DNA of 64,000 nucleotides from Carcharhinus longimanus (Eukaryota). The DNA lies in the NCBI GenBank assembly GCA_030264375.1, contig JASCQW010000109.1, positions 21,646,421-21,710,420 of the forward strand. Reading direction: 5' to 3'. The notes under the pieces were generated by a model that had not been told where the DNA came from, made no database searches, and saw nothing but the letters and a program-made list of their open reading frames with translations. This document shows positions 1 through 9,906 of this stretch, in pieces. Made by a program: the position numbers and the translations under genes. Each line of letters starts with the position of its first letter. The first letter of the stretch is position 1.

Positions 1-155
1 CCGGCAAATTATTCACGTCCTCCTCCGTGAAGACCGAAACAAAAAAGTTATTCAAGACCTTAGCCATATCCCCATCCTCTACCACTAGGTCCCCTTTCTC
101 ATCCTCTAAAGGACCAACGTTCACCCTAGCCAGCCTCTTATATATTTATAAGATT
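1..155 (-). mobile_element. CR1 LINE ORF2 fragment (region between endonuclease and RT)
   Basis: Minus strand translates VNVGPLEDEKGDLVVEDGDMAKVLNNFFVSVFTEEDVNNLP, matching the CR1 ORF2 'A..LN.FF.SVFT.E' motif. Confidence 0.85.
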
Positions 156-159
156 TATA

Positions 160-480
160 AAGAAGGGGACATGATGGGCAATGCATTAACTAGAGCAGCC
201 AATCAATATTTTACGCCCTGTAATTGGTTATGTATTGTTAGCCCTGTTTAATTTTATATGTGTGACTATTCTCCTACATTGTTACACCTCAATACTACCG
301 GTTGTCCCAGTTTAAACGGGGATGATGTAGATTGAGTGGCCATGTGGATGTTGGGGTGACGTAGATACGCAAGAGGTGACATGTTGGGCGCATGGATAAA
401 GACACAGCTGCTCACTTACTGTTAATAAACATTCATTGTTGTTAGTCCCAATTATTGGAACCCAATGCTTCTGCAATCAG
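160..480 (+). mobile_element. Possible LTR remnant preceded by a polypurine tract
   Basis: AAAGAAGGGGACA followed by TGATGGG, and an AATAAA near 424; no partner LTR or TSD identified. Confidence 0.3.
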
Positions 481-1348
481 GATATTGTGCTATTTAGGTT
501 GCAGTTCAAATGTCCACCACTAATAATTTACATAATTACAAATGTGAAATCTGTGAACCAGCACAGGGCAGCTTTTCCAGTCTGTAACACAGTTTTCCTT
601 AATTTACCTAAGAGTGGTAACCTTGGGGTGTTTTTATCAGTGCAGCTGAAAATAAGGTTTATCAGCAAAAGTAAGAACTTTTATTAAGGATGTCTAGTCA
701 TACACCTATCAGTGACCTGATACCAAAAGTAATTGTTACACCAGTACATGCAAGTCAGTTTCTGAGCAAGTTCAGTATTTTTTAATATGGGTAAACTTTT
801 AAACTGTGGATGACGAGTGCTTTTAAATGATCCCAAACTAGCAGAAGTGGTTGAATTTCTCGAGCTTAAACAGTTTTGTAGGCGGAGTTTGATTTGTACA
901 ACTGAAACTAGAACTATCATAAAAGATTATGGAAAACACGAATATAGGTGAATTTTGGCTGTAGATTAATTGTATTTAAAATTCCCTGTTTTTTTTGGAT
1001 TCGATAGATTCTGCTTGGATTTGTGCTGGTGTTACCAGCAAAGGCAATTTATAGATTGGAAGTGGGGGGGATTCTTTTTTATTGGCTGACTGACCTCCAC
1101 ACTGCAATGATCAGCACAAAAAGTCAAGTGTCACATCCGTGAGCCAGAAATTAATTCAATGTAGAATCCAGGTTAGAGTTAAAAAGTAAATTCTATTACG
1201 CTGCAAATTGTTTTTAAGTGAGCTGGACAGAATGCATTCCAAACAATGACAGCAGTCAGTAGTACAGAGAAAACTCTCAAAATAACCAACAAAGTCTGAA
1301 AATTCACCTAGACACCACCAGATGGAGCCCATGTCACGCATTAGTGCA

Positions 1349-1492
1349 AAGCCAGGATTTTTACGGTCCCACTGCAGCGCGACATGTCTCTTGCCCACCC
1401 CGCAGCGGATCTGGTGAGCCATTTAAATCCCTATTCCCTTTGATAAGACAGTAATATTTTGCTGGGCGGGAGGGGCCATAAATTCCTGGCCC
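1349..1492. mobile_element. PIF/Harbinger-type MITE
   Basis: Imperfect terminal inverted repeats GCCAGGATTTTTACGGTCCC ... GGGGCCATAAATTCCTGGCCC; same TIR style recurs in the window. Confidence 0.7.
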
Positions 1493-1604
1493 ACGTGTAT
1501 CTCCTATTTTTAGTTTTTGGTTGCAAACGATTGTCAAATGTTTTGAACAGCTGGAAATTTTGACAGCCAAATAATAAGCAAGAACTTGAGATGTGGAGCT
1601 GCAC

Positions 1605-2086
1605 NNNNNNNNNNNNNNNNNNNNNNNNNNNNNNNNNNNNNNNNNNNNNNNNNNNNNNNNNNNNNNNNNNNNNNNNNNNNNNNNNNNNNNNNNNNNNNNN
1701 NNNNNNNNNNNNNNNNNNNNNNNNNNNNNNNNNNNNNNNNNNNNNNNNNNNNNNNNNNNNNNNNNNNNNNNNNNNNNNNNNNNNNNNNNNNNNNNNNNNN
1801 NNNNNNNNNNNNNNNNNNNNNNNNNNNNNNNNNNNNNNNNNNNNNNNNNNNNNNNNNNNNNNNNNNNNNNNNNNNNNNNNNNNNNNNNNNNNNNNNNNNN
1901 NNNNNNNNNNNNNNNNNNNNNNNNNNNNNNNNNNNNNNNNNNNNNNNNNNNNNNNNNNNNNNNNNNNNNNNNNNNNNNNNNNNNNNNNNNNNNNNNNNNN
2001 NNNNNNNNNNNNNNNNNNNNNNNNNNNNNNNNNNNNNNNNNNNNNNNNNNNNNNNNNNNNNNNNNNNNNNNNNNNNNNNNNNNNNN
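1605..2086. other. Assembly gap (other gaps: 14056-14155, 24952-25259, 35867-35966, 38761-38860, 39576-39654, 42254-42353)
   Basis: Runs of N; several are exactly 100 N, i.e. probably placeholders of unknown size. Confidence 0.99.
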
Positions 2087-2789
2087 CCAGTGTTGTCCAC
2101 AAGCACAGCAGTCAGCATGATATGTGGAAAGTGGTCCCATGTTTACAGGTGATTATACCAACCTTATAACATGTCCATGGTGGACAGTGGGAGAATCAAG
2201 AATGGCAACAAAGGACATACTGGAGACACCCATACAGGATGGAAACAGACAGTATTTGAGGAGATGCAACAGCTGCATTATTGAACCAGAAAGGAGCAGA
2301 AAAAGGAGAGATAAGCCCTGAAGAAGCAGCTACAACACATTTAAGTTTCCTTGGCTTTGTAAATGTTAATATTCCAACCCTCGAGAATAAAACTTACAGA
2401 ATTGAAATATTTTCATATTCAAAGGTTTCAATAAGTCAGTATTGAAATATTATTGGTTGTCATCTCCAAAGATGAGCTGCTGTGACCAGGTGAGTTTAAA
2501 TGTCCCATTGAAAATAACAGGCCAGAGGGAAAGTGTCAAAGGTAAGTGATGTGAGGGATCGGGGTTTGGATGTTGGTGAGGAGTTGGACATTGGGGGCAG
2601 TGGGAGTGAGGCAGTCAGACTTTGGGAGGTGGAGCGATCAGACATCGGCGGGGTTGGGGAGGGATGGTGTGAGCGTATTACATTGCTTCAGCTATTAATT
2701 AAAAAAATACAAATTGTTATGCTACTTTTTTTAGCCTTGGTCAATATCACAAAAAGCGATGATCCGGTTATTTATCCCATTGCTTTTTT

Positions 2790-2900
2790 TTGGGCCTCGC
2801 TACTGTATTTTCTGACAGTGACTATACCACAGAAGTACTTTATTGGTTGGGGAACTCCTTGTGATGTTCTCAGATTGCTAAATGCAAATTCTTCTTTTTC
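2790..2900 (+). mobile_element. Deu-domain SINE 3' fragment
   Basis: ACAGTGACTATACCACAGAAGTACTTTATTGGTTG...AAATGCAAATTCTTCTTT is reverse-complement-like to the copies at 5985-6135 and 57450-57770. Confidence 0.5.
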
Positions 2901-3587
2901 TAAATGCCTGTTGTGATCCACAGAGTTAATGATTCTGATAACTAGCCAGCAAACCTAACTGTGGGTCCACAGTTTATGCCTCTTTATGCAAACTTCGACC
3001 CATTCATACCATGTTTTTTTGGTTGCAGTTCACTCTCTCGCTAGTTAATGGTGGCATTTAATGTCCTTTTCTCCATTGCACGGGCTGACACGGTGGTTGT
3101 TTTTATATATTTGTATGATGTAAAGTTGTTTGACTGGTCGTGGCATGAATGCTTCTTCCATAGCCACTAACCATTTTAAAAAAAATCAGTCGGGTTTGCA
3201 CGATGGGAGAGTGTTATGGACTGTCTCAATGCTTGTGATAAGGGGGAAGGATGGGAGACACTCACTCCAGTTTTCTGCTGAATGTGAGCTCCCAATTCAG
3301 GGACAGAGGTTGTCTTTCTGCTTGTGCTGATTGTCAGGAGTGGAATTCAAACTCCATGTTTTCTGATTCAATGTGAGAGCACTCCCACTGAGCTAAAGCT
3401 CGTTCTCAATTTCCACTCTATTGCTAGCTGTTGGTGCTTTAGCAACAACCTACAATTTTGGATATCATATTATAATCCCAGGTGTGCCTTTCCTGAGTGG
3501 TTCCATCCACTGGTAGCAGTTCTTCAACAGTTGCTTGGTTTGCTGGCAAAGAAAGTTATGGTGATTTTAAAGTTGTCTGAAGTTGGA

Positions 3588-3727
3588 AAGTTTATGTATT
3601 AGTGTCACAAGTACACACGGACACAGGAAGAACATGCAAACTCCACACAGACTGTAACCAAAGCTGGGAATTGAACCTGAGTCCCTGGCGCTGTGAGGCA
3701 GCAGTGCTAACCACTGTGCCACCATGG
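3588..3727 (-). mobile_element. HE1-like V-SINE (tRNA-derived), internally deleted
   Basis: Minus strand GGTGGCACAGTGGTTAGCACTGCTGCCTCACAGCGCCAGGGACTCAGGTTCAATTCC (A and B boxes), then TGTGTGGAGTTTGCATGTTCT (V-domain start) joined directly to the tail. Confidence 0.85.
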
Positions 3728-4070
3728 CACCCCTGATGTGAAAGACGGCTGGATGTGAACTGCGGTTGTCAACACACTGCACCAGCCCCGTAACCTGGGA
3801 TTTTGTGAGTTGCCTCAGTTTAAAATTACACTCAAAGCCATGTACACCAATGTAAAATCCTTTGATACACCTGGATCATTTTGACAGTTAATAAGGTAAT
3901 AAGATTCATCTGACACAGACAAAAAGAATGGATTATTGGACATTATTAAAAATGACTTCAGCTTTTTTCATTTGGAGGAAACCAGTTTATTCTGAGAACA
4001 TGTTTTCAGTTGGAAGATTTTCTGTCAATAATCTATGAAATAACTCTGCAAAAATGAATTGCATTTTATT

Positions 4071-4616
4071 CAAATTTTTAAAACTTATTTGAAGAAACGA
4101 ACACAGTTTTGTACATTTCGCCAATATTAAAGGGGACTTTTTGAAATCTGCACTTTAATTCATCTCTCGATGTATAAGTAGTTTTTCTGTTAACGCTACT
4201 TTTCCTGCTTGGCCTTGGGCAATTTCTGGAAAATCTTGCCCAAAATAATGACAATGGAATAAAAAGATGCAATGAAGAGCAAAGTAGATACAGAATTCAT
4301 GTGGGTGAATTAAAAGATAAAGGACTCACCATTGTAATAGTGAATGGAAATTGGATGCAAATTTATAAAGTGAATAGAAAGTATTGAATAATAATCATGG
4401 GAGAGCTGGATGCTCTTTAGAAAGGGTAATCAAGCGAGTTCAAGAGAATTGTATTCTGCCAAAAGCTAAAAACAAGAAAGCTAATTATGGGGCACCCTTG
4501 AATAAATAAAGAACTAAAGGAAAAATTGAGTCTAAAATTAAAGGCAAATTTTTAAAACTTATTTGAAGAAACGAACACAGTTTTGTACATTTCGCCAATA
4601 TTAAAGGGGTCTTTTT
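4071..4616 (+). repeat. 65-bp exact direct repeat (4071-4135 and 4545-4609)
   Basis: CAAATTTTTAAAACTTATTTGAAGAAACGAACACAGTTTTGTACATTTCGCCAATATTAAAGGGG occurs twice, offset 474 bp. Confidence 0.95.
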
Positions 4617-4734
4617 CATACTAAAGGAAAAGATGGTGAAGGTAAATATCAAGATCTTAGAAGAAAAGGTAAAACCAATGGAAAGCAAAGGGAAGATCAA
4701 CTTATGAAGAAATAATAGCATATTGAATTGATTT

Positions 4735-5612
4735 CTTATTGTCACATGTATTGGGACAGGGTGAGAAGTATTATTTCTTGTGAGCTATACAGACAAAAAA
4801 TATAATCTGCAGAGTACACAGTGGAGAAGGAAAGGATAGGGTGCAGAATATAATGTTGCTGTTACCGATAGGGTGAAGAAAGAGATGAGCTTAGTCTGTG
4901 ATAGGACCATTTAAAAGTCTGGCAGTGGGGAAGAAGCTGTTCTTGAGTTGTTTTGTATGTATTTTCAGATTCTTGTATCTTTTTCCCGACTAAAGAAGAT
5001 GGAAGAGAGCATGAGCGGAGTGCGTGGGGGTCCTTGATTATGCTGGCTGCTTTTCCAAGGCAGTGGGAAGTGTAGATGGAGTCAATGGATGGGAGGCTGG
5101 TTTGCGTGATGGACTGAGCTGCGGTCTTACCTCTTGTAGTTTCTTGTGGTCTTGGTCAGAGCAGGAGCCAAACAAAGCGGTGTTGCATCTGGAAAGGATG
5201 CTTTCAATGGTATATTCATAAAAATTGGCGAGAGTTGTAGCGGAAATGCTGAATTTTGTTAGTGTTCTGCGAAAGTAGAGGCTTGGTGCTCTTTCTTAGC
5301 TATAGCATCAATATCGAGGGACCAGGACAGACTATTGGTGATCTGAACACTTAGAAACTTGAAGGTCTTGACCATCTCCACTTCATCACCTTTGATATAG
5401 ACAGGGGCATGTCCTCTGCTACTTTTCCTGAAGTCGACTATCTCCCTTGTGTTACTGACATTGAGGGAGAGATTATTGTCATCGCACTAGTTCACTGGAT
5501 TCTCTATCTCCTTCCTATACTTTGTCTCATCATTGTTTGAGATCTGACTCACTCTGATGGTGTCATCAACAAACTTGAAAATGGAGTTGGAGTGAAATTT
5601 GTCCATGCAGTC
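4735..5612 (-). mobile_element. Rex1/Babar LINE, 3' part of RT and tail
   Basis: Minus strand gives KFVDDTI, EIVDFRK, FKFLSVQITNSLSWS, YFRRTL, IESILSRCNTALFG; tail ATACATGTGACAATAA. Confidence 0.8.
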
Positions 5613-5984
5613 ATTCTATAGACACATGAATAACAAAAGGAAAAATAAAGCAGGGATAGAGGTACAAAAGGATAATCAAGATAAACTCAGTTAATAGTGT
5701 TATGGCAGTAGTATTGAATAACCAATTCAACTCTGCTTTTAACTAAAGATGATAAAATAAGAACCTGAAAGATTCATACAATTGGGATGGAAGGAGAGAA
5801 AATAGTTGACAAACAAGAAAAACTGGGAATATATGCAATATGGAAGATATGAAAGAAAATGATGGAAGAGCATCAAGGGACAGAAAATAAAATATTTTCA
5901 ACATGCACTCTGAAAAGCGAATTAACACAATATAACTCAGAGTTAACTGATAACAAAAAGGCCTACTGTACAGTGTAAGAAAAA

Positions 5985-6712
5985 GACTCTCATTTCTATC
6001 ACACTTTTCATGAATACTATATTCCAAATTGCTTTATAACCAATGAAGTCCTTTTGAAGGATAGTGACTGTTAAAATGTAGGAAACGCAGCAGTCAACCT
6101 GCGTATGCCTAACTCCCACAAACAGCAAGGTAATAGGAAATTGTTTTTTGATTTTTATTATTGTCACATGTATTGGGATACAGTAAAAAGTATTATTTCT
6201 TACGCACTATACAGACAAAGCATACTGTTCATAGAGTAGGTAGGAGAGAAGGAAAGAGAGTGCAGGATATAGTGTTACAGTCACTGCTAGGGTGTAGAGA
6301 AAGATCAATTTAATATAAGGTAGGTCCGTTCAAGTCTGCTGGAAACAGGGAAGAAGCTTTTCTTGAGTCAGTTGATACGCAATCTCAGACTTTTGTATCT
6401 TTTTCACAACAGAAGAGGTGGAGAGAGTAGGTCTGGGGTCCATGGGGTCCTTATTTTTTGAAACACTGATTGAAAGATAAATATTGACCAGGATGCTGGG
6501 ATTAACTCTCCTGCCCTGATATTTTTTATGGCTAGCTGAGAGAATGGATGAGGCCTGGTTTAATAACATATATCTGAAAGATGGCGCCTCTGTCTGCATA
6601 GTACTCTTTGAGTAGTGTGGCAGGAGTGCCAGCCTGGATTGTATGCGTGAGTCTCTGGCATTAACCCATAGTTTTCTGGTCAGAATGCTGCCAGCTGAGT
6701 CATAACTGACAT
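5985..6712 (-). mobile_element. Deu-domain SINE (AmnSINE1/SacSINE1-like) interrupted by a Rex1/Babar 3' fragment
   Basis: TTTTGAAGGATAGTGACTGTT..GTAGGAAACGCAGCAGTCAA..CCCACAAACAGCAA (5985-6135) resumes at ~6465 with AAATATTGACCAGGA..CTGAAAGATGGCGCCTCT; parallels the copy at 57450-57770. Confidence 0.7.
6150..6455 (-). mobile_element. Rex1/Babar LINE 3' end
   Basis: Aligns by eye to 4735-5040 (ATTGTCACATGTATTGGGA...TATTATTTCTT...GAAGAAGCT...TTGTATCTTTT). Confidence 0.8.
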
Positions 6713-6714
6713 AG

Positions 6715-8380
6715 GCTCATCGTAGAGGTTAGGGGCATTGACATTAGGGGGCAAATAGCTGAATGGTTGCTAAATTGGCTATAAAATAGAGAAGAGAGAT
6801 TGGGGGTTAAGGATAGTTACTCAGATTGGAAGTAGGTAGGAAATGGTGTTGCACAAGAATCATTGCGGGAACCACTGTTGTTCATTAATGCTTTGGAATT
6901 AGGAGCAAGGAAAGAAATACAAAAATTTGCAGATAATGCCAAATTGGGATGTATAAGCTGATACTGAAGAAAGTTACATGCTGCAAGAAAACATTAAGAA
7001 CGTTGCAGACTGGGCAGTTACATGACAGATGAGCTCTGATAAATATGAAGGTGCGCACTTTGAAGGGAAATCAGCCTTCTCACCCCACATTTCAAAAGTA
7101 AAAATTAAATGGGGTAAAACAGCAACAGCTCAGCAAAGCAGATTAAATGCTGACACGGCTTTGGGATGTAGTTCTAGGGGCATAGAATTCAAAACAAGTG
7201 AGGCTGTGTTATTGATCAAGTTGCACAAAACAATTGTGCATAATTTTGGTCGCCAGACAATGAAAAGAGGTTGGGAACATTGGAGAATATGTAAAAAAAA
7301 AAATTTAAAAGAATGGTATTTGACGTGAGAGATTCCAGCTTTTAGGAAAGATTGAATAGATCAGGACTTTTTTTTAGAAAAGAGAAGATTTAGAAGTGAT
7401 CTGATTGAGGTTTTCACAATTGTGAATTGTAAATGGGTTGGACAAAGCAGAGTTGCAAAGAATGTGCAGAATCTTGTGGCATCCTTTTGGTGGGTTTAGA
7501 GGCAGGGAAGCACATAAAATTCATGGGGTAACCTTCCCACCACCTACCTACCTGTCCCTGAACTGTTAGGAATTCTTTACAGGATGGCTGAGCATCAGGT
7601 CCATCCATTCCCCAATTATTGCCCAGCCGTAATTTGGAGGCAATTGAGAGGATCAGGATTGAGGGTAAGCTTAGTTGGTCAGCCTACATGGGTCTTGGGT
7701 GGGAAAAGTGTGACACATCTATCACTGTCCCCCTTTCCTGTTGGGACTCCCCTCCAAAGATCTGTCCCTGCTGAGTGCTACCACTCTTACGCCCTTGGGT
7801 CTTTTCACCATGAAACACAACTCTCATCCCCCAAAGCCTCCTCTCCTATCCCTGCCACCTGCGTCCCCCCCCCTCCCCCGCCCCCAATGAGGATTTGCAG
7901 CAGTCTGTGTAGTGCCAACAGTGGCCACCGCTCCCAGTGCTGCTGGGAGATGTTGGCAAATTACACTCTGAAGCAGGACTTCCTCCTGAGCTTGGGATGA
8001 ACTTCCTGCTTCTAGCCAACTTGCACTCTGAGGCTGTAGGGCAGCTGATATCAGCTGCGCTGCCTTTTCTGGCTGTGCAGTAGGAAACCACACCATCTGA
8101 AAATTCCTATCCAATATTTCCATTTGTGAGAGAATCCACATACTAGGGGCTAGAAATACAAGATAGTTGTCAAAAGCAAAAAGCCAGTTCCTTTCTGAGA
8201 GACTGGTTAGAATGTGAAGCTTGGTCCCATAGAAAGTGATTGAGAGAGAAAGCTTAGATGCTTTTGAAAGGAAATGTAATGAATATATGTGAGTAGGAAG
8301 ATGTCTAAATTCAGAGAGATGGAATTGGAGGAGGTTTGTACGGAGTATTAACACCAGGAGAGAATAGACATTGCTTTATA
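6715..8380 (+). mobile_element. Old CR1 LINE RT/3' end, split by a Harbinger-like element
   Basis: Decayed motifs NWL..R..R (~6770), KFADNAKLG (~6925), LEKRRFRSDLIEVF (~7375); resumes at ~8115 with ACTAGGGG...3' UTR. Confidence 0.7.
7463..8112. mobile_element. Non-autonomous Harbinger-like DNA element
   Basis: GC-richer block bounded by GTGCAGAATCTT ... GAAAATTCCTATCC that interrupts the CR1 at 6715-8380. Confidence 0.5.
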
Positions 8381-8516
8381 TTTTGTGTTATAAAGAAGTG
8401 TATCAATTCTTATACAGTTTAGTGATATCAAATTTGTTTCTAAAAGGGCATATATCCCATTAAGATAGCAGAGGAAGGAAATTAGTCTCAACAAGTTAAG
8501 ATTTACAAAACACATT

Positions 8517-9335
8517 GGGCTGAATTCTCCCTATTTGCCTGTGGCAGGTTTGGTGGTGAGCAAGTGTGTGTCTCTGCTGAGCTGGTCTTCATGGACAGTA
8601 CCATGCTGTGGAATCCATGGATCCTTCTGTGTCACTCTCAGTTTAGTAGTGTGCCTGGAGTTGCAGCATACAGGGGTCTCCTTCCCCCCCGGTGCTATAC
8701 ACCAGTGTTATCGGGATAGGACTGTGCTGCAGGAATCATGCAGCCATTGCAACAGCTTGACCAAGGATCGAGTGCAAAGAAAGGGATGGTGGGGTTCAGG
8801 TGGTTGGAGGATGATGGAAGGAGGCCTTACGATGGTAGGCAGAGGAGCAAGGAGGTGGATAAAAAGATGAACACTGGAAGGCAGAGGGATGACTGAGGGG
8901 ATGGAAGCTGGATCCTGATAAGGCTGTATTAAAAGCTCACAAACAAGGAAGGGGGGGGGGGTCAAATGGATACCACATTGTCTACTGGAGAGAATGCACA
9001 AAGACTCCAGATGTGGTGAGTAGAGATTCAAGGAGGGCATAGGTACCTCATGAGTGATGGACTCGGGGAAAGTGGTTGAATCAAGGAACAGATTTCTTAC
9101 TGAGGCTGCTATCCTTTCCCCTCTCGATTGCTGACATCCTGCAGTCTGGTGAAGACAGTTGAGGGCAGGCACATGAATTGACTGCTGACATGCCAGGAGA
9201 GTTGGAAGGGAACCCATTTGTGCATAACTAGTGAGGTTCCAAGGACTGAATCTGGTGTGGGATTCTGGCCAGTGAGACATGGGCTGCCTGATCCCCCTGT
9301 CGCCACACTTATCTCAAAATGGCAGAATTCCACCC
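8517..9335. mobile_element. Non-autonomous PIF/Harbinger element
   Basis: TIRs GGGCTGAATTCTCCCTATTT ... AAAATGGCAGAATTCCACCC; 3-bp flanks ATT/ACT compatible with a decayed 3-bp TSD. Confidence 0.7.
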
Positions 9336-9788
9336 ACTATTTCTGGTAATTGGAGTGTGTTTATATGGGAAAAATTCAGCACGTGCAAATGTGGTTTTCC
9401 ATTCCTTTTCAGTGTATTTAAATTATGATTTTTTTTGCAAGTAGCGCAAACAATTTTCTACTAAACATAAAGGCAACACCAATTGGTATCATCCTTCATG
9501 CATGTTTGCATGATTGAATAGCAGATAGGGTTATTTCAATTTAAAGCATATTAAAGAGCATACAGATACTTTTATTACCGACTGCTGAATGATTTAATGT
9601 CCTTACATATTAGACTTGAGATCCTTAAATACTGCAGTATCTGCAATCATGTGCATAAAGTTAAACGACATCCATTGATAGCTGTGTCATTTTGATACTA
9701 TTTGTCATTTCAGGGTTTTGTTTTTGAATTAAAGATTGTGTTAGTATGAAAATTGGACGCAATCTTTTGTTTGTTGTGTGTTCTTCAG

Positions 9789-9906
9789 GTGCTGCAGTCT
9801 CTCTGCAGCCTCCTGATTACACGCTCCAGCTATTTCCCACAATGGAACGTAATACTTTGTGAATCTCCATCCTTGTGGATATCATCAAGATTACCATTTG
9901 GATCAG
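9789..9906 (+). other. Candidate internal exon (118 nt) of an unidentified host gene
   Basis: Pyrimidine-rich acceptor TTTGTTGTGTGTTCTTCAG|G and donor CAG|GTGAGA in non-repetitive sequence; one open frame VLQSLCSLLITRSSYFPQWNVILCESPSLWISSRLPFGS. Confidence 0.45.

Noticed and set aside
1361-2169. Long ORFs (175-259 aa) in the ORF track
   Set aside because: They are open only because they run through N gaps; the same applies to ORFs at the other gaps.
2533-2916. 127-aa ORF with hydrophobic C-terminus resembling a membrane protein
   Set aside because: Made of a G-rich repeat-like segment, T-rich tracts and a SINE fragment; GTG start and no recognisable domain.
7584-9333. Cluster of 110-190 aa ORFs
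   Set aside because: They lie in GC-richer non-autonomous Harbinger-like elements where stops are rarer; no coherent protein motif.
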